From Candidatus Latescibacterota bacterium (GTDB taxonomy: Bacteria > Latescibacterota > UBA2968 > UBA8231), in NCBI GenBank assembly GCA_965217585.1, contig OZ244561.1, forward strand, positions 3,232,001 through 3,296,000: DNA of 64,000 bases. The letters run 5' to 3'. The translations under genes and the position numbers were made by a program. Each line of letters starts with the position of its first letter. Within the stretch, counting starts at the first letter, position 1. The notes beneath the pieces are model-generated. The model was not told the origin of the DNA. It saw only the letters and a program-made list of their open reading frames with translations, and did no database searches. Shown one piece after another: positions 30,501 to 40,828 of the stretch.

Positions 30501-31303
30501 AAGCGGTACTGCCCACCGAACATGACTGGGTGAGCCGCATGAAGAAGACCCGGCAGAACGTCCTGAGCACCCTCAGCCAAGTGCCCCGGATCGAGGCCCA
30601 ACAGTCCCAAGCCATCGGCGTAGAAATACAAAAGCTCAAGAGGGACTACATGGTCGCTTATATTGACCTTCACACTAAGGCCCGCTTAGGCGCGAACGAT
30701 GATCGGCGCAAGGCGGCACTGCTCAGCGACTCGCGATTGCAAGCCTTAGTCAAATTAGCCGACGAGATTGATCTAATGCCTCGGCAACAGCTTACCGATT
30801 TTCAGGATCGCCTAATAGCTCTGAAAAGCTGCTTCGCTCTGACCGAGCAGGAGTTGGATTCAACGCCGACTTGTCTGCACTGCGGATTTAAGCCCTCTAC
30901 CGAAACCAGCACGGTTGCAAGCCCTCAGCAGATCGATGATATGGATGATCAACTCGATGAGATGACGGAAGACTGGACCTCCATCATCCTCAGCAACTTG
31001 GAGGACCCGACCACCCAGGACAACATGGATTTGCTGAAGACGGACGACCGCGAGCCGCTGGAGGCCTTCATTCAGTCGCGTGAGCTACCGGTACCCCTAA
31101 GCAGCAGCTTTGTACATGCCCTCAAAGAAGTGCTCTCCGGTCTGATCAAAGTCACCGTCCATGCACAGGACCTGCAAACTGCCCTGAAGGTGACCGATGG
31201 CCCGGCAACTCCAGCAGAGATGAAGAACCGATTTGACGAATACATCGATCAGCTCACTAGAGGCAAAGATCCGGCAAAGGTGCGGATCGTGGTGGAAAGA
31301 TAA
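27569..31303 (+). CDS. brxC: BREX-3 ATPase BrxC/PglY (DUF6079)
   Basis: [36 protein letters not shown]; context. Confidence 0.88.
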   Translation: MKYGDLIQFDPIESVIQLRDADESSAAHHLVNTYVISEEMAEQLTRLVIPQMQFDQPVDNKGILVVGNYGTGKSHLMSVISSLAADASLLEELNHSAVRDSAAQIAGRFKVIRTEIGATTMSLRDILVSELEEYLEKLGVEYIFPDVGEIASHKRAFEDLMDKFGEAFPEHGLLLVVDELLDYLRSRRDQELILDLNFLREMGEVCKDLRFRFMAGVQEAIFDSPRFGFVSNSIRRVKDRFEQIQIARNDVKFVVAERLLKKTVEQKAHIRDYLMPFAKFYGRLNERMDEFVHLFPVHPDYIDTFERVTVVEKREVLKTLSIRMKGKMDEVVPQDQPGLIAFDSYWNTLSKNAAFRAIPEIREVIDCSQVLESRIENAIAREQYKPMALRLIHALSVHRLTTGDIYTPIGASAEELRDRLCLFDPLIEELGSDEPDKDLQTHVETVLREIDRAVSGQFISFNRDNRQYYLDLKKTEDFDAIIDKRTESLDNTRLDRFYYEALKRVMECQDSTYVTGYKIWQHELTWQEHNAARTGYLFFGAPNERSTAVPQRDFYLYFIQPNDPPRFRDDKASDEVFFRLKDTDEEFEIALKSYAAALDLAGTSSAHAKATYEAKANGFLRQLVRWLQTQMTSAFEVTYQGRTKSISEWAKGKSIRDLSGLLPHETINFRDLINTIAGVCLAPNFENQAPDYPSFSVLITGNNRAQAAQDALRAIAGQNLTKQATAVLDALELLDGERMDPYKSKYTQFIIDAVKAKGQGQVVNRSEIIQDDQGLEFMDPSGFRLEPEWVAVILAALVYSGDIVLAIPGKKFDATELPQLAATSMDELIRFKHLEQPKEWNLPAIRVLFELLGLPPGMAQLVAQGNDEPVQNLQDTIGKMVKRVVMAQQDMQKGLSFWGQDLLASTALASQAGALDKAKTFFESLQAYSSPGRLKNFGYSVPEIMAHEEALTAMDELDSLREFVIDHAPTASYLATAEAVLPTEHDWVSRMKKTRQNVLSTLSQVPRIEAQQSQAIGVEIQKLKRDYMVAYIDLHTKARLGANDDRRKAALLSDSRLQALVKLADEIDLMPRQQLTDFQDRLIALKSCFALTEQELDSTPTCLHCGFKPSTETSTVASPQQIDDMDDQLDEMTEDWTSIILSNLEDPTTQDNMDLLKTDDREPLEAFIQSRELPVPLSSSFVHALKEVLSGLIKVTVHAQDLQTALKVTDGPATPAEMKNRFDEYIDQLTRGKDPAKVRIVVER

Positions 31304-31356
31304 AACCAGAAATACCGTCTGGCCCGAAAAGGAAAACAGTTGATGGAAAACTTGAG

Positions 31357-34020
31357 ATGAACCAAGAACAGCAGGCCATAGAGTTTGGATCAGCAATCAG
31401 AGGTGCCCGGAATGACGGCCCGGTGACTTGCCTCGGCATAACCTTTGAAAACGACAAAGCCCGCCGCGCTCACTTTACCGAGGAACTCCGCCAGAAGCTA
31501 AAGGGCCCCGAGTTTCGCAAGATCGAGGGGATCCCGATTGGCAAGGACGAGGACATTCTGAACCTGAGTGATCCTCCGTATTATACCGCCTGCCCGAATC
31601 CTTTCATTGGGGATTTCATTAAGCACCATGGGAAGCAGTATGATCCGGAGACGGAGTATTCACGGATACTATTCTGCGGTGAGATGCGGGCTTCAACTAG
31701 GCACCCTGTATATTCGTTCCACCCGTATCACACAAAAGTTCCGCCGGATGTTATTAGACACCTCATTGAGCACTACACGATGCCGGGCGATTTAGTATTT
31801 GATGGCTTCTGCGGTACTGGCATGGCTGGTGTAGCCTCTAGGGAATCAAATCGGCACGCGATCATCGGTGATTTATGTCCAATCGCCACTTTTATTTCTA
31901 GTGTAAACAACAAAAGTCACGATTCGCAAGATGCAGTTTATTATCTAACAAATATCATCTGTGAATCAGAAAAACAGTGGGCCTACTTATACTACACAGT
32001 TGAAAGTGGTGTAAAAATACCAGTCAATTATTATGTATGGTCCGATGTTTTTACGTGTCCCGAGTGTGTTCTTGAATTCCCCTTTTTCCCTCATGGTATC
32101 ATCCACCACGGTAATAAAGTAGAGACTCGTAAGAGTTTTTCTTGTCCGTCATGCGGTGCAGAACTGAATGTCCGAAAAGTGGAAAGAGTAATTGTTTATG
32201 AGGGAAAGAAAAAACAGCTCGTTTGGGTGAATGCTGGTTCCGGTAGGAATCGAATAAGCAGAGCTCCTACAGAATACGATTTGTCTCTCGATAAGGAAAT
32301 TTTCAATATAACTAGTACAGAATGGTATCCAGTTGAAGAGATAGACCCAGAAGGCTACTCGGCAAAGCTCGCTCAACTTGGTGACAAGGCAATTACGGAT
32401 GTGTCTCGATTCTTGTCAAAGCGCAATCTCATTGTTTTCAGTGACTTATGGTCACGCATCAATGAGATTAAGGATGAATCACTCATGAATCTATGTAGAG
32501 CAACTCTATCCTCTATATTCACGGTTGTATCAGAAAGGCAGGGCTATTTTGGCGGTGGTGGTGGTATGTCCGGCAACCTATATATGCCAATAGTTCGAAT
32601 GGAGAAGAATATATTCGGTGTTTTGCGTAGAAAACTAAAAAAGCTTGAGGCTGCCGAGAAGAAAAAGCGAAATCAGGAAACGACTACTATCGTGACTACA
32701 CAATCCCTCACAACCCTTACCGCTTTGCCCAACAATTCGATTGACTACGTCTATACCGATCCACCATTTGGGGCGAACATTATTTATTCAGAGATGAATC
32801 TATTATTGGAAAGTTGGATTAAAGTGAAAACTAATAGATCCGATGAAGCAGTTATTGACGAAACTAGGAATAGAGAGTTTGAAGACTATGCATTATTAAT
32901 GGGAGCGTGCTTCAGAGAATGTCACCGTGTACTCAAACCTGGTCGTTGGATGACCGTAGAGTTCCACAATACAATGGCAAGCGTATGGAACTTGATACAA
33001 ACAGCTATAGGTGAGAGCGGATTCGTTATTGCTCAAGTTGACGTATTCGACAAAGGTTCAACAACCATATTGGCAGATATTCGTCCAGGTGCAGTGAAAC
33101 AGGATTTGATTATCTCAGCATATAAACCCAATGGAGGACTTGAGCGGAGGTTTGAACTAGAATCAGGAACTGAGGACGGCGTCTGGGATTTTGTACGTAC
33201 TCATCTAAAGCAACTACCAGTCTTTGTTTCTAACAATGGTCAAGCCGAGGTCATTGCCGAGCGCCAGGACTTCCTGCTCTTTGACCGCATGGTTGCCTTT
33301 CATGTCCAGCGAGGGGTGACGGTTCCTTTGTCCGCTGCTGAGTTTTACGTCGGTCTAGGACAGCGATTTCCTTCACGTGACGGTATGTATTTCCTGCCCA
33401 ACCAAGCTGCCGAGTACGATAAGAAGCGAATGACGGTCAAGGAGGTTCTCCAACTTCAGCTTTTCGTCTCCGACGAAGCCTCGGCTATCCAGTGGCTTAA
33501 GCAGCAGCTCACCAAGAAACCTCAGACTTTTCAGGACATCCATCCTCAATTCCTGAAAGAGATCGGCGGCTGGCAAAAGCACGAGAAGCTGCCAGAACTG
33601 TCCGAAATGTTGGAGCAGAACTTCCTATCCTATGACGGCAAGGGCGAAGTGCCCAATCAGATTCACAGCTATCTTTCGTCGAACTTCAAGGAGCTACGCA
33701 ATCTGGCCAAGGACAACCCATCGCTTAAGGACAAGGCCAAGGATCGCTGGTATGTGCCCGACCCAAATAAGGCAGACAACTTGGAGAAGCTGCGCGAGAA
33801 GGCGCTGCTCAAGGAGTTCGAGGAGTACAAGCAGGCCAAGAAGAAGCTCAGGGTCTTCCGGCTGGAAGCTGTCCGTGCAGGCTTCAAAAAAGCCTATCAG
33901 GAACGCGACTACGCCACGATTATAGCGTTGGCCGAGAAAATCCCCAACAACGTCCTCGAAGAAGACCCAAAGCTGCTTTTGTGGTACGACCAAGCAGTAA
34001 CAAGAATGGGAGGTGAATAG
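31357..34020 (+). CDS. pglXI: BREX-3 DNA methyltransferase PglXI
   Basis: LSDPPYYTACPNP, DGFCGTG, TDPPF, RWYVPDPNK. Confidence 0.88.
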   Translation: MNQEQQAIEFGSAIRGARNDGPVTCLGITFENDKARRAHFTEELRQKLKGPEFRKIEGIPIGKDEDILNLSDPPYYTACPNPFIGDFIKHHGKQYDPETEYSRILFCGEMRASTRHPVYSFHPYHTKVPPDVIRHLIEHYTMPGDLVFDGFCGTGMAGVASRESNRHAIIGDLCPIATFISSVNNKSHDSQDAVYYLTNIICESEKQWAYLYYTVESGVKIPVNYYVWSDVFTCPECVLEFPFFPHGIIHHGNKVETRKSFSCPSCGAELNVRKVERVIVYEGKKKQLVWVNAGSGRNRISRAPTEYDLSLDKEIFNITSTEWYPVEEIDPEGYSAKLAQLGDKAITDVSRFLSKRNLIVFSDLWSRINEIKDESLMNLCRATLSSIFTVVSERQGYFGGGGGMSGNLYMPIVRMEKNIFGVLRRKLKKLEAAEKKKRNQETTTIVTTQSLTTLTALPNNSIDYVYTDPPFGANIIYSEMNLLLESWIKVKTNRSDEAVIDETRNREFEDYALLMGACFRECHRVLKPGRWMTVEFHNTMASVWNLIQTAIGESGFVIAQVDVFDKGSTTILADIRPGAVKQDLIISAYKPNGGLERRFELESGTEDGVWDFVRTHLKQLPVFVSNNGQAEVIAERQDFLLFDRMVAFHVQRGVTVPLSAAEFYVGLGQRFPSRDGMYFLPNQAAEYDKKRMTVKEVLQLQLFVSDEASAIQWLKQQLTKKPQTFQDIHPQFLKEIGGWQKHEKLPELSEMLEQNFLSYDGKGEVPNQIHSYLSSNFKELRNLAKDNPSLKDKAKDRWYVPDPNKADNLEKLREKALLKEFEEYKQAKKKLRVFRLEAVRAGFKKAYQERDYATIIALAEKIPNNVLEEDPKLLLWYDQAVTRMGGE

Positions 34021-34023
34021 CTA

Positions 34024-35931
34024 ATGATTACCAAATGGAATGTATCTAATTTCAAGTCGATTTGCGAGGAGACCGAATTAGCTCTTGGACCGCTAACAAT
34101 TTTCGCCGGTGCGAATAGTAGCGGCAAGAGTACGTTTATTCAATCCATTCTACTCATTGCTCAAACGCTAGCACATAAAGTTGATTCCAGATCGGTTGTT
34201 TTGAACGGTGCATTGATTAGCCTCGGTCAGTTTGACGATATGAAATCGAACGGCAGTGAATCGGATCAGATAACCATCAAATGCACTTGCCGTCCTATAT
34301 CTGAGCAGTACAGGCCATTAGCGAGCATGCCTCATCGTACCAGCTACTACGATCCGTGGCTCTCTCAGTTTCAGGAGATCGCTTGCGAGCTATCTTTTGA
34401 CGCCGATCCTGCAAGTTCCCAGCGGGATATATTTCAGATACGACCGCGACTTTTTGCAACGCAGTTATCCTGTACAGTCAGAGATGAAGATAATGTGGAC
34501 CAAAAGGCTGAAATCTTTATTCGCCATTCCGACAAGACGATCTCTGAAATCGATGGGATAGGTGCTGTCAATGAACTTGATGAGTCAGTACGCGCCAGCA
34601 TGGCGTACGAGGTCCGTTTTGATGATAGTTCTATGGAAGAGATGGAAGAGCAATACATGTCGGCAAAGCCTATAGGATGTGCTCTGCGTCATTTTCTTCC
34701 TGAGCAAATTACTTGCGGAATTGACACGATCAAAGAGGATGCTAATAGAATAGTTCATGTTCTGACGAGCAGTGGCCGAAAAACTGTTGGGTTTCAGCGT
34801 GTCATGAAGAGAAATATTTTTCTCTCCAAGGAAATAATTGCCATCTTGCGTCGTGTTCTCGGGAACACTATCGATTTTGATGGGACTTTCAATAATGAAC
34901 CCCAACAAGGGCTGTTACCGGGTATGGGTTTAGAGGGAATGAGAATCCGTACTTGGCATAAGAATTTTCTCAAACTGTCCGATAAAGACCGAGTGAAAGT
35001 TCAACGAGCACTGAGAGAACAGGATGATCTTTCCGAATTAATTTATGAGGCAATGAGAGCTTCCAATGTTTCGTCGTCTGAGTCCCACAGATTCATCCAA
35101 GTCAGTCCGCCTTACTTGATTGCTGAGGCCACAAATTACTTAGATGACTTTTTTTCCTCATCGTTAAAATACCTCGGACCTTTACGAGATGCTCCAAAGC
35201 CTTTATATCCTCTTACTCCAGCAGCCAATCCGTATGATGTCGGTCTGCGTGGGGAGCACACGGCCTCAATCCTTGATCGACATAAAAACAAAAAAATCGA
35301 GTATATACCTTCAGCCAATTTCGAATCCTCGCTCATAAATCGTAAAATGGTCACCAGAAGCCTTGAAGTCGCAGTGGTTGACTGGCTTCAATATCTTGGT
35401 GTCGCCAAGTCTGTAAATAGTCGAGACCGAGGCAAGCTAGGGCATGAATTGAAAGTGGCACTTTCCGACTCAGATGGCACTCACGACCTTACGCATGTCG
35501 GCGTTGGTGTAAGCCAGGTTCTTCCTATCTTGGTTATGGGCCTCTTGGCTGATACCGACACAACCCTAGTGTTTGAGCAGCCAGAACTACATCTACATCC
35601 AAAGGTTCAGACCTTGCTAGGAGATTTCTTTCTCTCTATGGCATTATGTAATAAACAATGTATCGTCGAAACCCACAGTGAGTACCTTATTGACCGACTA
35701 AGATTCCGAATTGCTGCGGCATATCCAGAAAGCGAATTGAACAACTTGGCAAAAATCTACTTTGTCGAAAAGCCAGCTCAAAACTCATCCTTCCGGGAAG
35801 TAGTGATTAACGAATATGGTGCTATTTCCGACTGGCCCGAAGGCTTTTTTGACCAATCACAGAAGCAGGCGGAGGAAATTCTTCGTGCTGCTGCTAAAAA
35901 GAGAAAAGCCAGTCGGAAGGGAGACCGATGA
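34024..35931 (+). CDS. ABC-type ATPase (AAA_15/21) with C-terminal DUF3696
   Basis: NFKS, GANSSGKS, YLGPLR, GVGVSQVLP, EQPELHLHP, ETHSE, WPEGFFDQ. Confidence 0.88.
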   Translation: MITKWNVSNFKSICEETELALGPLTIFAGANSSGKSTFIQSILLIAQTLAHKVDSRSVVLNGALISLGQFDDMKSNGSESDQITIKCTCRPISEQYRPLASMPHRTSYYDPWLSQFQEIACELSFDADPASSQRDIFQIRPRLFATQLSCTVRDEDNVDQKAEIFIRHSDKTISEIDGIGAVNELDESVRASMAYEVRFDDSSMEEMEEQYMSAKPIGCALRHFLPEQITCGIDTIKEDANRIVHVLTSSGRKTVGFQRVMKRNIFLSKEIIAILRRVLGNTIDFDGTFNNEPQQGLLPGMGLEGMRIRTWHKNFLKLSDKDRVKVQRALREQDDLSELIYEAMRASNVSSSESHRFIQVSPPYLIAEATNYLDDFFSSSLKYLGPLRDAPKPLYPLTPAANPYDVGLRGEHTASILDRHKNKKIEYIPSANFESSLINRKMVTRSLEVAVVDWLQYLGVAKSVNSRDRGKLGHELKVALSDSDGTHDLTHVGVGVSQVLPILVMGLLADTDTTLVFEQPELHLHPKVQTLLGDFFLSMALCNKQCIVETHSEYLIDRLRFRIAAAYPESELNNLAKIYFVEKPAQNSSFREVVINEYGAISDWPEGFFDQSQKQAEEILRAAAKKRKASRKGDR

Positions 35932-36956
35932 GTAGTTTGCCTGGTGTGACAATCGATGCAAGCGTCCTTGCCGTCCCTCATTTCTCCTGTACCAAAGATG
36001 ATGCGTTCCAGTATGTGGATACCTTACTGGACTGGAGCAAGCTACTTGATGAGACGTGGGTAGTCACCTACATGAGTGAAAGGGTTTCAGAGGTTCTTGA
36101 CAATGATGGACTTTATCCACTTCGAGGTCATCTTAGAGAACTCTTTAATACACACGGAATCGTCGAGTACGACGTAAATACTGTCGCCACAATTACAGAG
36201 AGATTGCTGACGCTCACTCCATCTTTTGAAGCCCGTTATCAAGTCGAAGACGTTTTATCTGACAACCTTGAAACGGAGCCAGATATTATTGGTCTCACAA
36301 CACATGATGGTCTTCGGTCCGTGATTGCAGTTTTGAGAAAGTATTGTTCGCAGCCTCTGGGGGGACATTCCCTCGTACTAAGAAAAGCCCCAAAACAAGT
36401 CGTTCAAGTCAGAACACAAATTCACGATCTTGAACATGATAGAGATGATCTTCCAGATCTACCCTGTCCTCCTGAATTTTTTGAAGGCGATGTACTGGTA
36501 TGCGACGATTTTAGAGGCTTGATAGAGTGTCTCGACGAATCGGTAATACTTGTTGATGCCTCCGACGATTTTGGAATTGAACTTTCAATCCGAATCGCCT
36601 TGTTCAAACAGGCTCTTTCCCAAAGTAAGGATCCAGACTGGGAAACCATCCAAGTCCCAAGTATCGGTTCTAAATTTCGTAAAACTTGCCAACAATTGTG
36701 CAATAATACGGGGAATTCTTTGCCACCAAAAATACTCCGCTCCATAGTCGAAACAATTAAAGGACTGAACAAGGACGCTGTTCACGCACTCAGGACTGGG
36801 CGGGGTGGCAATGATCCACAGCGTACACGCGGTTTTGATAAAGCTCAGCGACGTGATATAGATCAAGAATTTCATCTCCACTATTGGGACTGTGCCGACG
36901 GCCGTATCGAGTTAGCATCTGTCGTTTATCACAATGATTTTTCGATACCGGAATAA
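35928..36956 (+). CDS. Hypothetical protein translationally coupled to the ATPase
   Basis: ATGA overlap; C-terminal RRDID.EFHLHYW...H. Confidence 0.75.
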   Translation: MSSLPGVTIDASVLAVPHFSCTKDDAFQYVDTLLDWSKLLDETWVVTYMSERVSEVLDNDGLYPLRGHLRELFNTHGIVEYDVNTVATITERLLTLTPSFEARYQVEDVLSDNLETEPDIIGLTTHDGLRSVIAVLRKYCSQPLGGHSLVLRKAPKQVVQVRTQIHDLEHDRDDLPDLPCPPEFFEGDVLVCDDFRGLIECLDESVILVDASDDFGIELSIRIALFKQALSQSKDPDWETIQVPSIGSKFRKTCQQLCNNTGNSLPPKILRSIVETIKGLNKDAVHALRTGRGGNDPQRTRGFDKAQRRDIDQEFHLHYWDCADGRIELASVVYHNDFSIPE

Positions 36957-36967
36957 GACACGAATCA

Positions 36968-38962
36968 ATGGATAGCTGGCGAGACGCCATCCTGAACGAA
37001 TTTGTTCCCAAGGTCAGCAGGCTCACCTTAGTCGCCGACCCAGACGGCCTGTTGGCCGAAGAGAAACTGGCACTGGAGTTGCGTAGGCGCGGGTTTGATC
37101 TCATCGAATTCAAAGATCCGGTCGAGTTCAGATATGTTTATGAATCGAAATATCGTTCGCTCTGGGATCGCGGCGAGTATACGGATCTGGTGGTCATTCT
37201 TCGCCTGCAAGATACCGAACTAACATCGTTGCCCTACGACCTCCTGAAAGCCGGAAGGAAACTATCCTTCAATCTTGGCAAGCTCTTCCCCAACCTGAGC
37301 TATCCAGTCGTCCAGAAGTTGGACCTAAGACTCCTTGACTCTCTGTTTGCTGCAAAGCGCAGATTGCCGCCAGACCGCCTAGGCGATAACACCACCAAGG
37401 ACTTCATTCTTAGCCAAGTATTCGGCATCACCGCAGAGCAGATTAACAACGAGGTGGAACTTCTAAGCACCTTGCTCCGCCTGCATTACGGCAAAATCCA
37501 AGTTCCTCACGAACTGGTTGATCGGCTTGTGCAGGTACTTCGGCGGCAATATGCGTTTCATTCATGGCCTTTAGATGAAATCGTGCCAGACGGCGAAGAG
37601 TTCTTTGCCTTCTTGCAGGAGCGCTGGCCGGTGTTCCTAAACAGACTTGGCAAAGCCGAGCGGATCGGAGAAGGTCAGCGTGAACATAAACTCAAGTATG
37701 GGGGGCCTGCCCTTCTGCCATTCGACCACCAAAATATCAAAATCTACATCGACAATCTGTTCGTCGAAGGAATACTTTTTCCTGTTCAAGCAGCTAACCT
37801 TGATGTGGATGCAAGTTCGTGGATTCGTTGCGGAGTTGTCGAAGCCGATGCAGACGATGACGAGGTACGTATTTCCCGTCTGTTTGAACTCATTGAGCAA
37901 AAGCTACCGACAGTAGAATCTCGCTATGAGGACTGGACGGACCTTGCGCTAAAATGGGCCGAACTCTCTGCCTTGATCCATTATGGAAGCAGCAGTACAC
38001 ACCGATCCCAATGGCGAGAGATAGGCGATGCGTTGAACGAGACCTTTGCCACCTGGCTGAGGGAGCACTACGCCAGCCTTATTACTCTGCCACCAATCCG
38101 TCCCGCGATGGGACATCACCTAGCACGACGGTTGGCTCGCGATATGGAAGACTCCGGCGGAAAGCGCATTGCATTGATTGTGGTCGATGGCCTTTCCCTC
38201 GATCAGTGGGTGACTGTACGCCAGATTCTACACTGGCAAAACAGTGATCTCATAATTCGGGAGTCCGCGACTTTTACTTGGATTCCGACGCTAACTTCCG
38301 TATCCCGGCAGGCGATCTTTTTCGGCAAATCGCCGCAGTTTTTTCCTGCATCCATTAACTCGACCGACAGCGAAGAAAAGCTCTGGCAGCAATTCTGGAC
38401 GGATAACGGTCTTTCTCGTCCTGAGATCGCCTATAAGCGCGGATTAGGCAGTGGTGACATAAGTAAGGATCTCGATGAGACGGTTAATCCCGGCCAGACC
38501 AAGGCCGTGGGCTTGGTTGTGGATATGGTCGATAAGATAATGCACGGTATGCAGCTAGGGGCAGTGGGTATGCACGGTCAGGTCGCGCAGTGGTGCCAAG
38601 GCGGATATCTTGGGAAGCTCATCGACTATCTATTGGATCACGACTATGATGTATGGCTGACATCCGATCACGGCAACATCGAATGCGAGGGCAAAGGGCG
38701 GCCTACTGAGGGAGTCCTCGCGGAAATACGCGGTGCGAGAGCTCGTGTGTACCAAACGCCCGAACTCCGCTCACAAGTAGCATCCGCCTTTACATCGGCC
38801 CGCGAGTGGGAGCCGGTCGGCCTACCCGACAATTACTTTCCCCTGTTAGCTGGCGGCCGAGATGCGTTTGTGAATCCCGGCAATTCAATAGTTGGTCATA
38901 GCGGAATCACCCTTGAGGAAGTCATCGTGCCCTTAGTGAGATTTGAAAGGAGAACGCGGTGA
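36968..38962 (+). CDS. pglZ: BREX-3 phosphatase PglZ
   Basis: VADPDGLL, IVVDGL, PTLTSVSRQ, DKIMHG, TSDHG, H.GI.LEEVIVP. Confidence 0.92.
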   Translation: MDSWRDAILNEFVPKVSRLTLVADPDGLLAEEKLALELRRRGFDLIEFKDPVEFRYVYESKYRSLWDRGEYTDLVVILRLQDTELTSLPYDLLKAGRKLSFNLGKLFPNLSYPVVQKLDLRLLDSLFAAKRRLPPDRLGDNTTKDFILSQVFGITAEQINNEVELLSTLLRLHYGKIQVPHELVDRLVQVLRRQYAFHSWPLDEIVPDGEEFFAFLQERWPVFLNRLGKAERIGEGQREHKLKYGGPALLPFDHQNIKIYIDNLFVEGILFPVQAANLDVDASSWIRCGVVEADADDDEVRISRLFELIEQKLPTVESRYEDWTDLALKWAELSALIHYGSSSTHRSQWREIGDALNETFATWLREHYASLITLPPIRPAMGHHLARRLARDMEDSGGKRIALIVVDGLSLDQWVTVRQILHWQNSDLIIRESATFTWIPTLTSVSRQAIFFGKSPQFFPASINSTDSEEKLWQQFWTDNGLSRPEIAYKRGLGSGDISKDLDETVNPGQTKAVGLVVDMVDKIMHGMQLGAVGMHGQVAQWCQGGYLGKLIDYLLDHDYDVWLTSDHGNIECEGKGRPTEGVLAEIRGARARVYQTPELRSQVASAFTSAREWEPVGLPDNYFPLLAGGRDAFVNPGNSIVGHSGITLEEVIVPLVRFERRTR

Positions 38963-39729
38963 TAGGCAAGCGACATCAAGCCATTGGAGTCAAGCAAGTC
39001 ATCCGCTACGAGTGGATGCAAAAGGCTGCTCAACTACAGCTCGCCGGACTTGACGCTAAGTCAATCCGCCAAGAACTGCACGAATTTCTAACTGATCGAA
39101 AAGGCAGCGGATCTAACGAGGAGCGCAGTAAGTATACTCGGAGCTTCGTCGTTAATAACCTGATGAATATTTGGGTCTCTCCAGTCCCCGAATTAGTTGC
39201 TTTTAGAGACTCAGCTTTAGTCCTTCTCCGCACACATCTGTCAATAGAAGTGGCCGTTCACTGGGGAATGATCTCGGCAGTCTATCCTTTCTGGTTCAAC
39301 GTAGCGTGGCAGACAGGACGCCTATTGACACTGCAAGACCAAGTCACCCAAACGCAAATCGTCCATCGCCTCAAAGAGCAGTATGGCGACCGGGCCACCG
39401 TAAGCCGGTATGCGCGTTACGTCATTCGCTCCTTCGTTGCTTGGGGAATCCTAAGAGAAGCCGCGGCTAAAGGTTGCTACGAAAAATCAGCACCGATGAA
39501 CGTGGTCGATCAGGATCTGGTCATGCTGATGTTTGAGGCCGCTTTGCACACGACCCCCGAAGGCCAAGGAGAGCTGAGCTTATTGCTGAAGCATCCAGCG
39601 TTTTTTCCGTTCCAGCTTTCGGTAATAACAGGTGCCTTCATTGCTCAGCACAGCGACCGAATCGATGTGATCCGATATGGACTAGACGATGAGATGCTGA
39701 AGATGTGTACCGCGCTGAAGCATGGCTGA
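38959..39729 (+). CDS. BREX-3 terminal gene, BrxA-like
   Basis: Coupled to pglZ; HWGM..AVYPF, YGDR.TV.R, HPAFFPF; canonical position. Confidence 0.7.
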   Translation: MIGKRHQAIGVKQVIRYEWMQKAAQLQLAGLDAKSIRQELHEFLTDRKGSGSNEERSKYTRSFVVNNLMNIWVSPVPELVAFRDSALVLLRTHLSIEVAVHWGMISAVYPFWFNVAWQTGRLLTLQDQVTQTQIVHRLKEQYGDRATVSRYARYVIRSFVAWGILREAAAKGCYEKSAPMNVVDQDLVMLMFEAALHTTPEGQGELSLLLKHPAFFPFQLSVITGAFIAQHSDRIDVIRYGLDDEMLKMCTALKHG

Positions 39730-39731
39730 AC
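39710..39731 (+). repeat. 22-bp direct repeat, right boundary of the BREX island
   Basis: Identical to 26964-26985. Confidence 0.92.
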
Positions 39732-40150
39732 AGTTCGACCTATCCACTAGCCCCAGCCCCAGCCAGCGCCTAATTTTTGCCCTATTGGGCATTGGCCAGT
39801 TGGTGTTGGGTACCATTGCTTTCCAGCGCGGCGGCTTCGCGTATGGACTCGCGGTGCTCGCCGGCGGGATCGCGGTGTTCTGCGCGGCGGCCTTCTTCGT
39901 TCACCGCCTCCACCGGCGCTTGGTCTGGCTAGGACCGGAGGGCGTGACCGTCGAAGAGGGCCTGTTTGGCCGGCAGACCTTGGCGTGGGCCGAGGTCAAA
40001 AAGGTGAGTGTGTCGCCGGCCGCGACGGTGTTCCACGCGGCGACGGGCGAAGATATTGTCCTCCCCAACACGGCCGGCCAATCGCCGGATATCGCCCCGT
40101 TTTTAGCGCGGTTGCGCGCCTTGGTAGACGAGCACGAGCTGCGCGGTTAG
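39722..40150 (+). CDS. Small membrane protein with possible bacterial PH-like domain
   Basis: Two TM segments, then GV.V...LAWAEV..V. Confidence 0.6.
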   Translation: MAEQFDLSTSPSPSQRLIFALLGIGQLVLGTIAFQRGGFAYGLAVLAGGIAVFCAAAFFVHRLHRRLVWLGPEGVTVEEGLFGRQTLAWAEVKKVSVSPAATVFHAATGEDIVLPNTAGQSPDIAPFLARLRALVDEHELRG

Positions 40151-40161
40151 AGTTGTTTGCC

Positions 40162-40611
40162 CTATTCGGGTGCAGACCCGTTCTGCTTAGGTTGGGCGGC
40201 GGCGAGGTGGGTTTCGATTTTGCCGACGATCTCAGCGGCGGAGTTTTGCTTGGTCACCGTTTCCAGCAGAGTGTGGTCTTGGGCGTTGATGAGTAGGACG
40301 AGGCCGGTTTTGTTGTTGGCCTTGAAGTGGTCTTCTACGTCGAGGGCCGCGGCAAGTAGGCGGGCTTGGGATGTCAACGTTGAGTCGGTGACGTCCAATT
40401 GGACGAAGAGGACGGGTTGATCGGCCACCCCGGCTTGGACTTCTTCGAGGATTGGTACGAGGGCCGTGCAGGAGCCACACCAATCGGCGTGGACTTTGAT
40501 CACGTACAGGGCCGGATCGCCTTCGCCTTCTACCTGGACGGTGCCAGCGAGGGTGGGGGCCGGAGCTAGTAAAAAAGCTAGGGCGGTGAGCGTGAGGACG
40601 TATTTCAGCAT
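40162..40611 (-). CDS. Exported thioredoxin-like protein
   Basis: RBS aggag, signal peptide, HADWCGSC. Confidence 0.8.
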   Translation of the reverse strand: MLKYVLTLTALAFLLAPAPTLAGTVQVEGEGDPALYVIKVHADWCGSCTALVPILEEVQAGVADQPVLFVQLDVTDSTLTSQARLLAAALDVEDHFKANNKTGLVLLINAQDHTLLETVTKQNSAAEIVGKIETHLAAAQPKQNGSAPE

Positions 40612-40828
40612 GATTTGCTCCTATTTAGAAAGGTTGTGGTGTGGTCGGGTCAAAGTCAGTCCGTCGAAAGACGTCCTGACTCGTCGGAAGGTTCCTCGAT
40701 CTTGGGGTAATTCTCCATTGCATTCAACCGCGGCTAGGCTATGAGCGCCAACACTTGCTCGTGTGGCAGGATGGGAAAGGTAAAGTCAGCGCACGCTAGT
40801 TTGAGCTGCATAAATCCTCCATTCTTTG

